A stretch of 64,000 nucleotides of DNA, taken from positions 306,331-370,330 of the forward strand of contig JAQGDQ010000219.1 of assembly GCA_030141605.1 (NCBI GenBank). Direction: 5' to 3'. The position numbers were made by a program, and so were the translations under genes. Source of the DNA: Tubiluchus corallicola (Eukaryota; Animalia; Priapulida). Positions 33,001 through 46,500 of this stretch are shown one piece after another. The notes under the pieces are model-generated. The model did not search any database and had not been told where the DNA came from. It saw nothing but the letters and a program-made list of their open reading frames with translations. Every line of letters starts with the position of its first letter. The first letter of the stretch is position 1.

Positions 33001-36000
33001 TAAGATAAAACAATTTTTTGTTAGTAAATTACTTGGAACGAGAACGCATGTTGTTCGATGGCCTACCACCTCATGCCCTCGCGGACTGGAAGCGAACTCC
33101 CTTAAAACAAAAGCATTACGTATTTATAAAATACCTCTTTAATTAAATCTTGTTACACGACTAAAACAAATGATTTAATACTTTCGTTATTTTTACAACA
33201 ATCTGGTTAAGGTAAATGCAGTAACATACAATACAGGTATCGTATACAGGACATATTCTAACAAATATTTCATAAAATTCTGCAAAACGATTTTGCACCA
33301 TTTGAACTATGCAGTGAGTGTGGTTCGTGAGAAAGGTTCCCATAGTGACACAACTTACACTCTTACTAATATATGGTTATTTTTAATGGTTGAAATGTCA
33401 GTTAATGGGTAGATAGGTGATTGTAATTGACGTGATCGTCTTGACGGTTTTCTGTACTACACTGTTACTTTAATTCTTTCTTTCTTCACCAGCATTTGCT
33501 TTTTGGAGAATGCTCTTCTCATATTTCTTTTATTCTTTTCATTCTCGGATGTGCTTTGCAATTTTTTATTTGAAGCTCGAATTTTTAGCACACTTGGCTC
33601 ATTTCCATAACTGTTGACCTTTTTTCATTGAGAGTTTTCATGTGATATTACTGGACATATTTGCCCAATACCTGTCAAAGGTCACATGCTAAGCCCCACC
33701 TTCATGGCATCACAACTTGGCCTTCCCGAAAATGCTACAACTGTGAAAATAATCTAGAATCTCTCCGAATGTCACGAATGCTTTTGGAATTCAAGTGAGA
33801 GCTTTTCTAATTCCTTTTCATTTGAAAAACGTTCAAATTGAAAAACAAATAAATTTGACTATGCGCAGATCGGCGTCTTTTGAAGATATTATCGGGAAAA
33901 AACGCCAATAGGTTATTTCCCGTATAAATGAGGGGCTTCCATTTTTTTCTAGGGATTGGATACGCCATGGTAATGACAAGCTGCCTCGCTGCTTTGTATT
34001 ACAATGTGATTATCAGTTGGACGTTATACTATATGTTTGCTAGCTTCCAAAAAGGTCTTCCCTGGAGTACATGCACTAATGCTTGGAATACAGATGGCAA
34101 GTATGCCTTTTTGCAAAAGATGTCAGATGTAAATTTTATGCAGTTTTCTTTATAAACTACTGCAATATGTAAATTGTTAACGTCACATCTGTACCATTTA
34201 CGTAAGATGTAAGACATAACTTTCGCTATGCATATTCCATATTATAATCTTAATTGATGACATTTATCATAGAAATTTGAACCAAGGAAAAAATTTACTA
34301 TTTATGTCAAACATTTTTTCTATGTACTGCCAAACAGACAGACAAATTAATAATGGCTAGAGTGTTTATGATTTTGCTTGCTGTCTTTTAAGTCCAATAT
34401 GGTTGTCTTAAATATTAACAATTTATACTATTTTAGTTGCCAATCAAGCACTTGGTGATCCTAATGACAATAGGCTTATTTATTAGACTGCTGGTCAAAA
34501 GTTGAGGAGTCGTCTTACGAAGATGTGAATAGTACCTACTATCAAAGGGTTTGTTACACTAACTTGTCAGCAGAAGATGCCAAGGTATACAAGTGGAAGT
34601 CAATAAATACAAGTAGTTTTCGCGTTTCAGCAAGTGAGGAATTTTATAAGTAAGATTTACATGAGTATAATGACGTTTAGTTTTGTTCCACCTAATACTG
34701 TGTTTAGTTCCAACGTCTGTCTTCCTGTTTTTTTCGTTGTATTCGGCTTTCTTTTTCTTCTCGACCCTCCTGGTTTCTTTCCTTCTCCTGTTTTGCCTTT
34801 TTAATGTGATAAAAGACGGTCATAAAAACACCACTCATATAACGAAGCAAGGAAGGCTAAAACAGATCGCAACATCAAGCATTGGTACCAAGCATTAAGA
34901 CCTTCTGCAAAGCACTTAAAAATAAATCCAGAAACCAAAATGGCTCCATTGGGTTATTAAAGCAGTAGGTTACATACAAAATGCGCTGTATGTACGGAAT
35001 CAATGATGAGATTCTTAAAAGCCAAAACTTAAGAACATCTTTAAAACTCATTGAGAGGCATGCCAATTTATTGTCATCCACCTTAGAAGTTTAAATGTGC
35101 TGGCCTATGGGACTGGACATCAGGCATTCGTTGTAGAAGAAACTAACTTTATACATACTCATCTTAAACGTGATTAAGCACCAGTTCAGAATATGATCAG
35201 GATTTCGTTTCAAACGACTATCTGTAATGAAGCACTGCCACTAATGTTTAAATAGTGTAGAGCTTCGTTGTTCGATGTTAAATTCCAATTTATGACAGAC
35301 GCCGAAATGTGTGAAAAAATATAAAAACTAAATATAAATAAAAAATTGACATCGTGATAACAATTGTAAGTTATTTTTTTAGGAATAAGATGCTTGGATT
35401 AACAGGTGGAATTGGAGACGCAGGTGAAGGTGTTAAGTGGGATCTAGCTTTAACTTTGCTGTGTGCATGGGTAATCGTCTACCTGGTGTGTGTACAAGGT
35501 GTGTTGGTTCAACTTTCTTCGAATTTGCGCGGCATGATTAGGAGTTTGCGCGGAATTATAAAGTATTGAAAATATATAGAAGTCGAAGCCTCATAAATCA
35601 ACTAAGCTATCATAATCTCTAGCGTTCAAGACATGTGAGGCACTTTAAGGTTTAAAAAAGTCACTTGTAAGGTACCTGCTTGCAAATTTGTTTGTTGAAC
35701 ACGTTGCATGTGAAATCATACCTCTGTTAACAGGAATATAGCAAAATAATACATTGATTATATTTGATGCTTAATAACTCCTAATTTTCACTGCCATTTG
35801 TTTATAGACCAAAATTTTAAATTCGTTGTATCCCACCCTTAAATTTACTTCCGAAATGGAATATAAAGCAAAATGCTGATTTTAGATGCAGGCTTACTAA
35901 TTCATAAACGTTGTATGCTACATTATTTACTAATTTGCTTGTATAGCAAGCAATTTCAAATTCTCTCCTGCTTTTGGCTTAATTATTTCTGAAGTTATTT

Positions 36001-37219
36001 GTCATGGTTATTTTTTAGTAAACGAGATCAATCATGTATTTTAAAGGTCTCAGTCAAAACACGATATGAAATATTGCGCAGTCTTCAATATCGCCTACAG
36101 ATGCTCAGCGATATTGGGTAATTTCCATATTGTCTACTAAGTGCATGTCCACTGAGAATATAATACCTAGGAAAACATTTGAATAGTCTAGCAGAATCGT
36201 AGAAAAAACAATACATTTGTTCTAATATTGCCCAAATTGCATAATTTGCTTACAAAATTTCACAGGCCTATAGAATTTGAGATGCTAAACCATGACTTAA
36301 AATCAGATCTAATCTTTTTCAAGATGGCTGCAGCTCTAAATTTTTTCCAACATGACTGCATTCTTTTCCAACATTCTACTAGCATATTCAATAAGCTACC
36401 ATTATAAGGATTTACAGCCGTCTATAAAATTAAAGCACTTTATACAGCTTGACTGCTGATTAAGTCTACATGCAAGCCATATTCCGCCTTAGCCAATACG
36501 TCTACAAAAATTATTTTTTCTAAAACGGTTACTAGTAACCTGCATGTGTTAGCAGCATCATTGTTAAAATATTTCAGAAATTCACCGCCAAGCCCAAAAT
36601 TCTGTATCAAGTTATCTGTAAAGAGCATTTCAAAACTTATATAATACAGCACAGTCTCTTGGCTAATGGTGGTATCCGAGTTGGTGGTACCATTTTTGTT
36701 GAGCAAGCGCAGAAAAGCTTGGCAGCCATATTGAAGACTGTCAATGAATTGTTGTAAGGATTTTTTTAAAACTGCAACTTGTATAATACGATTTTCTCAT
36801 AACCGGACGGCAAAATTTAAACACCAATTTGTGCGGGGTAATCAATCCAGAGAATAACAAAGCCCACTTCTGACTGGTTGTCTATAAAAAAATCCGCGCG
36901 AAAAAATAGCTCATTTTTTATCACATGGATATTATTCATTAATCGAATAATACCTATATAAAAATTAGTACATCATACGAGGACCAGCCGGTCCTTGAAG
37001 TCAATTAGTTACATGACTTATTTACTTTTTACTTTTTAAATATTCTGTTAATATACGCTGAGGGATGTAAAGTAAATACAGGTAAGAGTAAAGCAAAATA
37101 GTGAATTTGGAATTTTTTGCGTACACATGTATTTTGCTGACTCTGAAAAGGGTTTGGTTTTCTAACCCTTATTCAATTTGAACTTTTGTTCTTGGTGACA
37201 GCTCTTGTTCCCTCACTGA

Positions 37220-37770
37220 ATGTACGTAAAAAAAGTACAGAAAAAAATGGCACAAATGGAAAATTATGTAAAAATGGCACGGGGAAAATGGCACAGGAAA
37301 AAGTGGCACAAATGGAAAGTGGGTATAAACGGCACAGAAAAATGGCACACTTAGTAACATATGTGTGTAAGATTAGGGTTACAGTGGAGATAGTTATTTT
37401 AGGTATTTTACCTCTGTCAAGGAAGTCATGCTTGTTCACAGTTTATTTGTTTGTTGTTTTTTGTCTGTTATCGTATTATGCAAAAACAGATTTTCAAGAA
37501 ACTTTGTGGAGGAAGGGGAGTATAGGGTGCCAAAATGGGCTGCTTTTTTTCGCAAAACTTGGCTGTACACCACGTACAAAAAACAATAAAAAAGAAGTGT
37601 TAAACGCCAGGACAGACAACTACGAGTTAAATCCAGGTTCCATTTCGAGAATTTCTCAACCGGAAAACTTTGTGTAACGCTGTTTATAATCTGGGCTTGT
37701 ATAGCTTTACAACCTGACTTGTGTAAAAACGTTATAATATGTCAGTCTATTACCAGGCTAAAACTAATGG
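37220..37770 (+). repeat. Dispersed repeat (MITE-like family with AAAAATGGCAC subrepeats), copy 1
   Basis: Tandem AAAA(A)TGGCAC units are followed by sequence colinear with 55938-56480. Examples: TTTTACCTCTGTCAAGGAAG vs TTTTACTTCTGCCAAGGAAA; CATTTCGAGAATTTCTC..TGTGTAACGCTGT vs CATTTCGGGAAATTCTC..TGTGTAACGCTGT. Confidence 0.75.
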
Positions 37771-37819
37771 TTAAAGAAAGGTAGATTATGTGGAACATCC
37801 GTTGCATTAACCGGTTTTA

Positions 37820-37972
37820 GCCAATTTTTTTGCATTCCGATTGTAATATAACCATTTTCTTTCGTTTTCCGTCCGATTGTTAAAAAATCTGGTTATAACC
37901 AATTTTTTGCCGTCCGATTATAAAAAAATTTGGTTGTAACCAGATTTTTTCATAGTCGGATATTATGGCCCT
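37820..37972. repeat. Short tandem/inverted repeat cluster (CCGTCCGATT..AAAAAAT.TGGTT.TAACCA), probable transposon subterminal repeats
   Basis: Two to three ~39-bp units containing the palindrome TGGTTATAACCA, ending in GTCGGATATTATGGCCCTA. Confidence 0.55.
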
Positions 37973-39849
37973 AATACGCTTTCATAGTATCATGTTTCGC
38001 TTTCCAAATTCTATAAGTCTGTAAAATTTCATAGCAAATGATGCAATTTTCGCAAAATTAGAACAAATGTAGCAATACGTCAGTATGGTTACTGTTCTGC
38101 TGGTCTAGAACGTGAAAGTGGCATTTTTGACACATTTTCAGGTTGTTTATTTCACTGCTACGTTCCCGTACGTAGTTTTAGTGATCTTACTCATACGAGG
38201 AGTCACATTAGAAGGTGCAAGTGAAGGCGTCAAGTTCTTTATTTTGCCTAAAATTGAAATTCTAAAATCGTTGCAGGTATTTTATTTAATAGATTTCCAC
38301 TATTGTATGTATTTGCATTTGGCTAAAAGTCCACTTATGGTAAAACATTTTTTCGTTTACAATTATCTATTACAGTAGAGATTTTCTTAGGCGCGCTCGG
38401 TCATGCCTATCTGTAATCAGTTATAGAAATCAATGTGCTTGCCCCTAAAAAGTGTGCAGTTTCAGAATTATTGGTTCAATCTGTGTCTGTTTGTCTGTTA
38501 ACATTTAAAAATGTTTCCGTCGAGGTAATTTTAACGGGTTATACGAATTTTTTTCAAAATGTCTTCATTAATATTTACAACAGGTCTGGGTTGACGCTGC
38601 CGTGCAAATATTTTTTTTCACTTGGTGTTGCATTTGGTGGCATAATGACATTATCGAGTTACAACCGCTTTCATCACAACTGCCTCAGGTACTGGTCACA
38701 TAGAATTTTTTGTTTTTATCAGATTTAGGTGTTCTTGGAGCAGCGTAGTTCGTCTGTACTCTGTAGTAAAACATAATTTCCTCAAAATTTGAATTTTTAG
38801 TTGCACTTATAGTTTAGCTTGCACCAGACGTATTTGCCCAGAACAGTGTATGTTTTATTACATTGATTGTCTGTCTTTGGATTATGATGGTCAATGTTTT
38901 AAAAAGGCAAAATAAAGAATATATTATTATCTACTACAAAGTGTCATTAAGAAATTCTTGCAAACTACTCCAAGCCAGTTTGTGATATGTTGGGCATAAA
39001 TATTGTACTGTAAGTTTCTGTTGAAGCCAAGTTATGCATCTGCCCTGTATAAAAGCGGACGTCTATCATTTTACTAGTCCAGTTAGAGTAATCCACGACA
39101 GTCTAAACTCTATTTCATCATTGTTTTTGAATCTACTTCATGTAATTTGGCAATAAAGGTATCGTTTTTCTTACACATCTTTCTGTTGTTTCGTGGGTGG
39201 ATTTCAGAAGAGTTATAGACTGCTTGGCCTCCGTATCTGCTGGTACCGAACCAACGTGGTTAGTTTTACCACATGTAGGCTAGGTACCGCCAGCAGTTCA
39301 ATATTTTGTTTGTTGAGCCATATTTTTCCGATAAATGCCAATATAATGTAATTTTTACTTAGAAAAGCAAAACAACTGGCTGTTGTCGAAAAACTACGGT
39401 ATGGAGAAACTCTATACAAAAACAAAACAAAAGTATAAAATAGACGTATTTAATGTTTTTGCTCAGCTGGTCTGATTTGCACATTTTGTTTAACAAATCT
39501 TAATCTGATTTTTGGCCAGCAAAATTTAAAGATTCAAAATAGCCACAACAGAAAAATTACGCGATAAATGAACAAAAAACATGGAAAAGTAGTTGTTAGG
39601 ATCGTGAGTTAAAATATTTTTGTTACCAAACCTGGATTTCTTTCCCAGCAACCATTTAAAACAAGAAGGCGCTGGCATAAAAATGTAAAGCAACCAAATA
39701 CCTTATGACAATCTGCGTTCAAACACAAAATCAATATTTCCCCAGAAAGAAGAAAAATGATTGACCTTCGTTCTTCATAATATACCCAGTGCTGGCCAGA
39801 ACATTAAAATATCCCACGATCTCTTTCTTCATGTACATCGATAATGTAG

Positions 39850-41100
39850 CAACCTTTAGGGCAACTATTTCCTAACATATTTCTGATGCAGCAGCAAGCG
39901 ACGTGAGAATTGGCTTCAACTACCCATCTTCATCGTGATATCACTGGTGACGTCATCTCCGTTTCAAACTCAGCTGCTTTTCGCTAAACTATTGTTTGGA
40001 AATGAGCTCTTTTAACATGGAATTTCACAGTATCACTTAAAGCTCAGTTCTATAGACAAGCTTCCTAAGCAGTGCTTGTGAAAAAAATAATGCGTCACGG
40101 GTGCCTTATCACAAGTAACAGCATCAGCATTATATATTTTGCAAACGAACCTTTCTGCATTCTTAATTGTGCGTTTACTGATCCTGCCGACACCAAGATC
40201 CTTTATTAGAATATGAATGGCTTGAAATACTTTCCAATCACTTTTCTTTGTATGCCCAGGTAAGCATGTAAGCATAATCAACCCCAGTTAATGAATGCAT
40301 AACTCACAAAAGTCTCAAGAAATGCCTGCCAGTAACTTAGTTTCTCTCTTGTATGTTATGCCATTTACACTGTACGGGAATGTATTTTGTTTTTTTATAT
40401 GGACCCCTTCATTCACTGCACTTCGTTTTACTATATAGGCTACTAAATAAGCTAGACATTAGTGATTCGTACAGAACTGTATTGATAGAACTGACATAAA
40501 TACAATGAGAAATGATGCTGCGTCGACTTCTTCGTGTTGTTCCTGGAGAGAGAGCGCTCATTACATAGAGTTGGATTATTGGTTCTTGCCTGAGTGGTTG
40601 TTTGGAAGCCACCTCCAACTCCAGCAGTCTTCAACATTTGATATTAGGTATTTTGAAAGGAAACCTGCCAGATATGCTTTGCTTGCAGAAAATACTAAAA
40701 AGTCGTTCTAATTAGTGGGTAGTAGAATACTTCCAACTGAGTGACACATTTTCTGACTAGCCTTAAAACGTTTTGGCCGCCTGATGTCCTTCCTATCAAG
40801 TAACTCTCCTGCCCCAAATACAACACCAGCAAACAGATTAGCCTATTCTCCAAATGTAGATACTTTTACTGATTTTCAGAGCCCCATCTTTTTAAAGCAA
40901 GTTATGGTAAACAACTAAAACCCTCTATGAGTACGTCAGCCACTAGTGCCTTACTTCCTGTCAGCAGATTGGTTGCCATCTGTGAAGACTTGTGAGCCGG
41001 CATAAGATCATGCTGAAGAACAGCATAAGGACTGACTGACCGTCTAGTATGGTCTATTAGGTCTACGATGATGAACGTTTTAAATTACCACATTTAGTGA
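39850..41100 (-). mobile_element. Decayed Academ-type DNA transposase
   Basis: Minus-strand remnants occur in the expected order: GSKALVADVL, QHEEVDA (cf. HEEADT), MHSLTG, GHTKKSDWK, AERFVCKIY and SDTVKFHVKRAHFQTIV* (cf. LPPTxDAxxxHxxRAHYQxxxW). Many stops and frameshifts. Confidence 0.72.
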
Positions 41101-41146
41101 TAGAACAACGTGTATCAGAATACAAAAGGATAAAGGGTAATTTTTA

Positions 41147-41420
41147 GATCAGACGGTTTAGTCTAGTGGTACGCGTCCGCTTTCCGTCTGCGTCTGGCAG
41201 GTCGTGATTTCGATACAGCGATCGGGTCATACCAAAGACATTAAAAATGGTGCCGCCATGGTGCCTTTTGGCGCGTGATATTCATCGTAAAAGTGGGGTA
41301 ATAATAGTCTCTGTTATGTAGGTGTAGATTAGTTATTTTACAGTCGTCGAAAACAAGCTCTCTGAGCTTATGTTAATTGTTAATCCAAAAGCCGACGTTA
41401 AATAAATATTATTATTATTA
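41147..41420 (+). mobile_element. Meta-SINE, apparently full length
   Basis: tRNA-derived head (A box TAGTCTAGTGG 41159-41169; B-box-like GATTTCGATAC 41206-41216), Meta-domain core CGGGTCATACCAAAGACATTAAAAATGGT (41223-41251), and 3' tail GACGTTAAATAAAT(ATT)n. Confidence 0.78.
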
Positions 41421-41442
41421 TCATTATCATCATCGTCGTCAT

Positions 41443-41475
<33 letters not shown>

Positions 41476-41491
41476 CATTGTCATTATTATT
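41405..41491. repeat. (ATT)n/(ATC)n microsatellite at SINE tail
   Basis: Directly visible trinucleotide repeat. Confidence 0.85.
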
Positions 41492-43027
41492 AAAATTAGA
41501 AATGAGAAAAACCGAACTTAGCAAATCAGTGTTTCATCAAAACTGCATTTTAGTTTTGCCTAGAATTTGCTTTTTTGATTACGTTTGTTTGTTTTCACTC
41601 GGCGTATTACAGACATTTTTAAAGGTATTCCGTCTTTTTTGAAATATTTTCGAATGCCGTAGTTCGTCAAGTCAAGCCATTTTGATTTTTCGTGTTACTA
41701 ACGAAAGTTTACTAACAATTTTCGTTTAAACAAAAGCAAACATGGCCGTGCATGCGAAAAGAGCAGGAAATGACCCTTGGTCGTAGGGTCACAGTTTTCT
41801 GCCGGATCACCTGGGTGAAGCCAGTCCAAGTGATCCAGATAAAAATTACGCAACATGTTATTTTTAAGTGAAACTTAGAATCATAATAAAACTCTACATA
41901 AAACATAAGTTTAATTTTATGACAACAGTCTTCAGCAGTTACTTACACAGTTACAGGAAAGGGTAAATAATCACCAAAGATTATTGGATGACAAGGTCAA
42001 AGAATGATTATTGCGAAATGACAATATATAAGTCGATGTGTTTAAAAGTCCAAGGAAGTCGTTTGCTAGAACGGTAGTATACATGTAGGTAACTTTTCTA
42101 CCAAGCTAAAGATCCTTGCCTTATCGTTTCTGCGAGCAGTAATGAATCAGAAAAATACTTTAGTACATTTAGGTCCAATAGAGTAGTTTAAGCTCAGCAC
42201 AGCCAATAGCTTGTTAGACTTTTTGAGTAATTTGTCTTTTGATAACGCCATTTCGTTTTTTTACTTTTGAACAGTAAAAAGCAAAATCAAACTTTGCAAA
42301 CAAAACATTCAAATACAGCTCATCAAAACTGGCCAAAACAAATGGTTTGTCGACTTTTCAAAATGGAACTAGACTATTGGTGTGCTTATATGTTATTACG
42401 ACAGCTGTTTTGCGTTGAAATGTCGTTACCGGTTGCTTCACGTTGTAAATTTTGTAGAAATGATCCGAACAGTGTACAATGAAAAAAGAAAAGGTCAAAC
42501 ACGAAATTTAGAATAAAACTTAAGAGAAAACTTGTTCTCCATCTCTCTTACTGGGTTGCGGAACAGGTTATTTTCCTCCTTATTAATCTCATTCGCAGGC
42601 ACCCAACTCGTGTTTTTATACTTTGGTCAAATATTGACATTATTGCTGTGATGTTTCATTTCAGGGATTCTATTATTGTGTCATTTGGAAACTGCGGCAC
42701 TAGTATATTTGCGGGTTTTGTCATATTTTCCATTTTGGGCCACATGGCTTGGGACTTAGACAAGGAAGTTGATGAAGTCGTCAGAAGTGGTAATTTTTGT
42801 AGTTATCCGGTTACTGAAATGCGTCCGGATGTTTTCATTCAATTAGTGTTTTATTATAATCGATTCAAGAAATTTTGGCCAAATACATAAAACGATGTGT
42901 TAGTTGGAAATAAAAATAAAAGTTCATTTTCCTATATTAAAATTAAAAGGCTTATTAAAAATCTAATTTATAGAGACTTTAATAAGGATAATTAACAATT
43001 ACTTGTCTGCAGAGGATAACATATTAT

Positions 43028-43541
43028 CAGTGTTGCCGTGGATATTAAATTTCGCATCGATATACACAAATTTTAACTGGATATCCATGGATATCTTCCT
43101 ATCGGTAGGTTCCTAACCCTATCCTTTGATTACCAGCAGATGAGTTGTACGTTCTACTGATAATGAAAATCAGGAAAGCAAAGGAAACACAAAATGAATT
43201 TGAATCTCTTTGCAGTCGCTTTCGAAGTCTGCCCAGTACTTCAACTTATACCCATTAGAAAAGTGATATCATTACAGTTCAGCCTGTCTGATCCGTCGAA
43301 CAAACCAAGATTTTCTGTCAGCTTAGCAGTGCAAACAAAGATTTAAATGCCGCGCAAGCGCAAGGAATGCAGCCGAAACTGTCTAGTACTAGTCCCTAAG
43401 CTTATGTCACTAGTTTCTATAATGACTATTGTGTCATCAAATCCTTGGGCTGCATATTTCTCAAGCGGAATAAACTGTTATTCAAAATAATGTCACATAA
43501 ATCACACATGGATATCCATGGATATAAACACGGTACGACCT
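43028..43541. mobile_element. Probable degenerate MITE with GATATCCATGGATAT(C) subterminal palindromes
   Basis: Begins CAGTGTTGCCGTGGATAT. The palindrome GATATCCATGGATATC occurs at 43080-43095 and again at 43511-43525, followed by a decayed inverted terminus (CACGG). Confidence 0.5.
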
Positions 43542-46500
43542 ACGTTTGATACATATACGTGAAATAATCTAATATTACAGGTTCTGGTTTGGCATTTGTT
43601 GCATATCCGACTGTCCTTGCTCGATTACCAATAGGACAGTTGTGGTCAGTTTTCTTTTTTTTCATGCTACTTACATTGGGATTGGACAGTCAGGTGCGAT
43701 TTTATCACTCTTTAATGTAAATTTTTTTTAGGTTGTTTACAACTGAATGTCTATGCTTAGACTGAAATTTTGATTTACATAGTTATTATTAGAATTAAAA
43801 CATATGGATATGGCTTGTATAAATCTTATGAACGCTTATATCATATTAAGATCGTTTTAAAGTCTCTGGTACAGGTAAGACACGATGTTGTAAGACACGT
43901 ACATTCGTACTTTTATTTTTTTTGTAATTGTTGTGTGCTTTTTGGGGTTGATTACCTTTACTTGTTTGGGTTTATTTTATTTGCATTATATTACAACCTT
44001 TTTGCTTAATCGTCAGTTTTTGCTTTGCATGTATTTTGCTGCAAATATTTTAATGACATAGATAAACCAATAAAGTAATTACGTAGTTTTTTTGTTTAAC
44101 TTACTATTTTTTCTATTACGCAAGTTCGCCACGCTAAAAACTGTGGTCACAGCAGTACTTGACTCATGGCCACGAGTCCGGAAGAAGAAGCATTTCGTAA
44201 GCTTGACTGTCAGCATCGGTCTCTATTTACTAGCGTTACCTATGTGCACGGGGGTGAGTTATAGATGATTTACCCCGAATTTTAAGCTACGTATTATAAG
44301 CTAATGGCAAGCATACAATTTTAAAACGTTTACAATGAACGAGAACTGGGGAAAATATTTTTAGTCTGTTTATCATTTAACATTCCTGTTCTCGTGTTGT
44401 GATTTTCCGATAATTTTTATAGCGTGAATTAAGTGTTGCACGTATTAGGTTTCATCATAGGTCTTCATATTAATTTTCATGTTTGAGAAAAACGCTTTAT
44501 AAATTATAATTATAGCTGTGTTACGGTTACCACAATGATTGTGTTTTTAAATTAACGATTTCTGTATAATTAATAAGTGACCACAGAGTGTCTTTTAGTC
44601 GCCTGCGATATAACTTTGTGAACAGTTTGCTTTCACCGTGAAGTTGGCTCGTTCTCGTTGCTGTTCTTCATGTACTAAATTTTTAGCCACCTTTTGTATT
44701 GTGATGGCAGGACCCCAAAAACTCTGGACTGACACATACAGAAACAGGCTTTTTTCCCTTTGAACCTTTTCGTTGCAAGAACTATGTTCACTAAACACGT
44801 GCACAGCGCAAAAGCGTCAAAACACAAGCGATCTGTAGCTGCTTTTGCAGAAATGACCTAAAAGAAAACCTTGGAGCAGCCACTTCTTAAGACAAAGTAT
44901 CGGGAATGCAACAAAGCAAATGGGTTAATTAATATTACCATTTATTGGCACAAGCTATGTAGAATGAAGAGAAATATATTAAGCAACAACTTGTGGATGA
45001 CTTCAGCTATTTTCCTATACTTCCATCAGATTCTAATGGACGACCAATTAATGTTCTACGATTTACGAAAACAATTCGTAATGCATTTAGGGCAGAAGAA
45101 CCCATGTTGCATAATTTAAAATGCATTAAGTATTTTAAATGACATTAGATTTCTTTAAATTACGTTAATTTATCTCACAGTAAGCTTATCGTAGACATGG
45201 GTATTATAGTTAATTAGCTATTGTTTAAAACTTTGTTTTTTTATTTCATGTACATGTTACACATGTAGTAATAGAAGCAACATGCATGAACGCTGAAGAA
45301 TTAAGTCAGTGGAGTTATACGTAACCCATAGCGGATTTTCTGTTGAAGACCAAATCTGAGTCTTTCCCCTCAATTGGACAATTTAAGCTAAACGTCAACA
45401 TTTAATTATTATTTATATAGTATAATGGGGTCTCTCCGTCTTGGTAGATTTCCATGCTAGCTGGTTAATGCAAAAACACATTATTAAATAATAAAAATTC
45501 ACAACAAACTTAATTAATCGACAAAGCAATGCCTAAAAATCTGCTGTCATTAATTAAATAGGTCTACAGGTATAAATCGCTTAAATTTAAAAATACACCC
45601 GAATGCAAAGCAAACATTCCATGAGTTTGTATATATCATCAAAATTACAGATTAAATCTCGAAAGTTATATTAGTTAAGGCAGGCTGACGTATTCAGGAA
45701 ATAGATTACATGACAAAAATAAATGACGTTCTAAATGACATATCCAGGCAGTCGGGCAGAAAAAAACTCGATAAACGAGTATTCCAATGCTTCGTATTCG
45801 GGACTAAAAATGAGTTAAGAATTTTGTAGTTTGTTAGTTATTTAGTTCTAAAATAGATTGCAGAGTACATGTATGGTTTGGAAAATGTGTTTTTCTGTTA
45901 ATGACCCACATCATTCATGTCTTTTTCGTAGATTTAAGCATTTCAGACAGTGAGGATTAAGAACTAATTATGCACCTTTAAGCATAAAAAACAACCCATT
46001 GGTAGAGTAACTGAACGATTAAAGAGTCAAGTAGGGGATTTTGCAACTGCGTGGAAATGCGTTAAACTAATTTTCAAATGGTAATTCGATTACGTTTTAT
46101 AGGCTGGTCTTTTTTGGACAGACTTGATGAATACATTTGCTGCATCATGGTCACTGATACTTGTGGCATTAGGAGAAGGAATTGTCATACCGTGGGTCTA
46201 TGGTAAGTTACACTAGCACCTTTTATTTTTCTCTGCAGTCTACCAATGTATTTTTTTTCACACATCAGTTCGATTGTTTGTTCACAATTAAAAGCAACAG
46301 GAAGCCGCCAAACATGCCCTTATAAAGAGGTAGCCCATTCCAGAAGTAGTAGTAGTAGTAAGCAGAAGAGTGTAAGCAAAATCGTCTCCAATTACAGGAT
46401 AGGTTTGTGATACAACTAACTGCAAAATTTACTTGAACTGCCAAATGGAATCTAGTCCTGTACTGTAACGCTCTTGTAAATTCCAGAAAGAAGCAGATCT

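Noticed and set aside
37060-37090. Possible displaced KxxGK microexon for the SLC6 gene (AAAGTAAATACAGGTAAG)
   Set aside because: No acceptor/donor combination gives an open, phase-compatible exon; likely coincidence.
37169-37677. 163-aa ORF and antisense ORFs
   Set aside because: Derived from AAAAATGGCAC subrepeats of a dispersed repeat; the frame is not conserved in the second copy.
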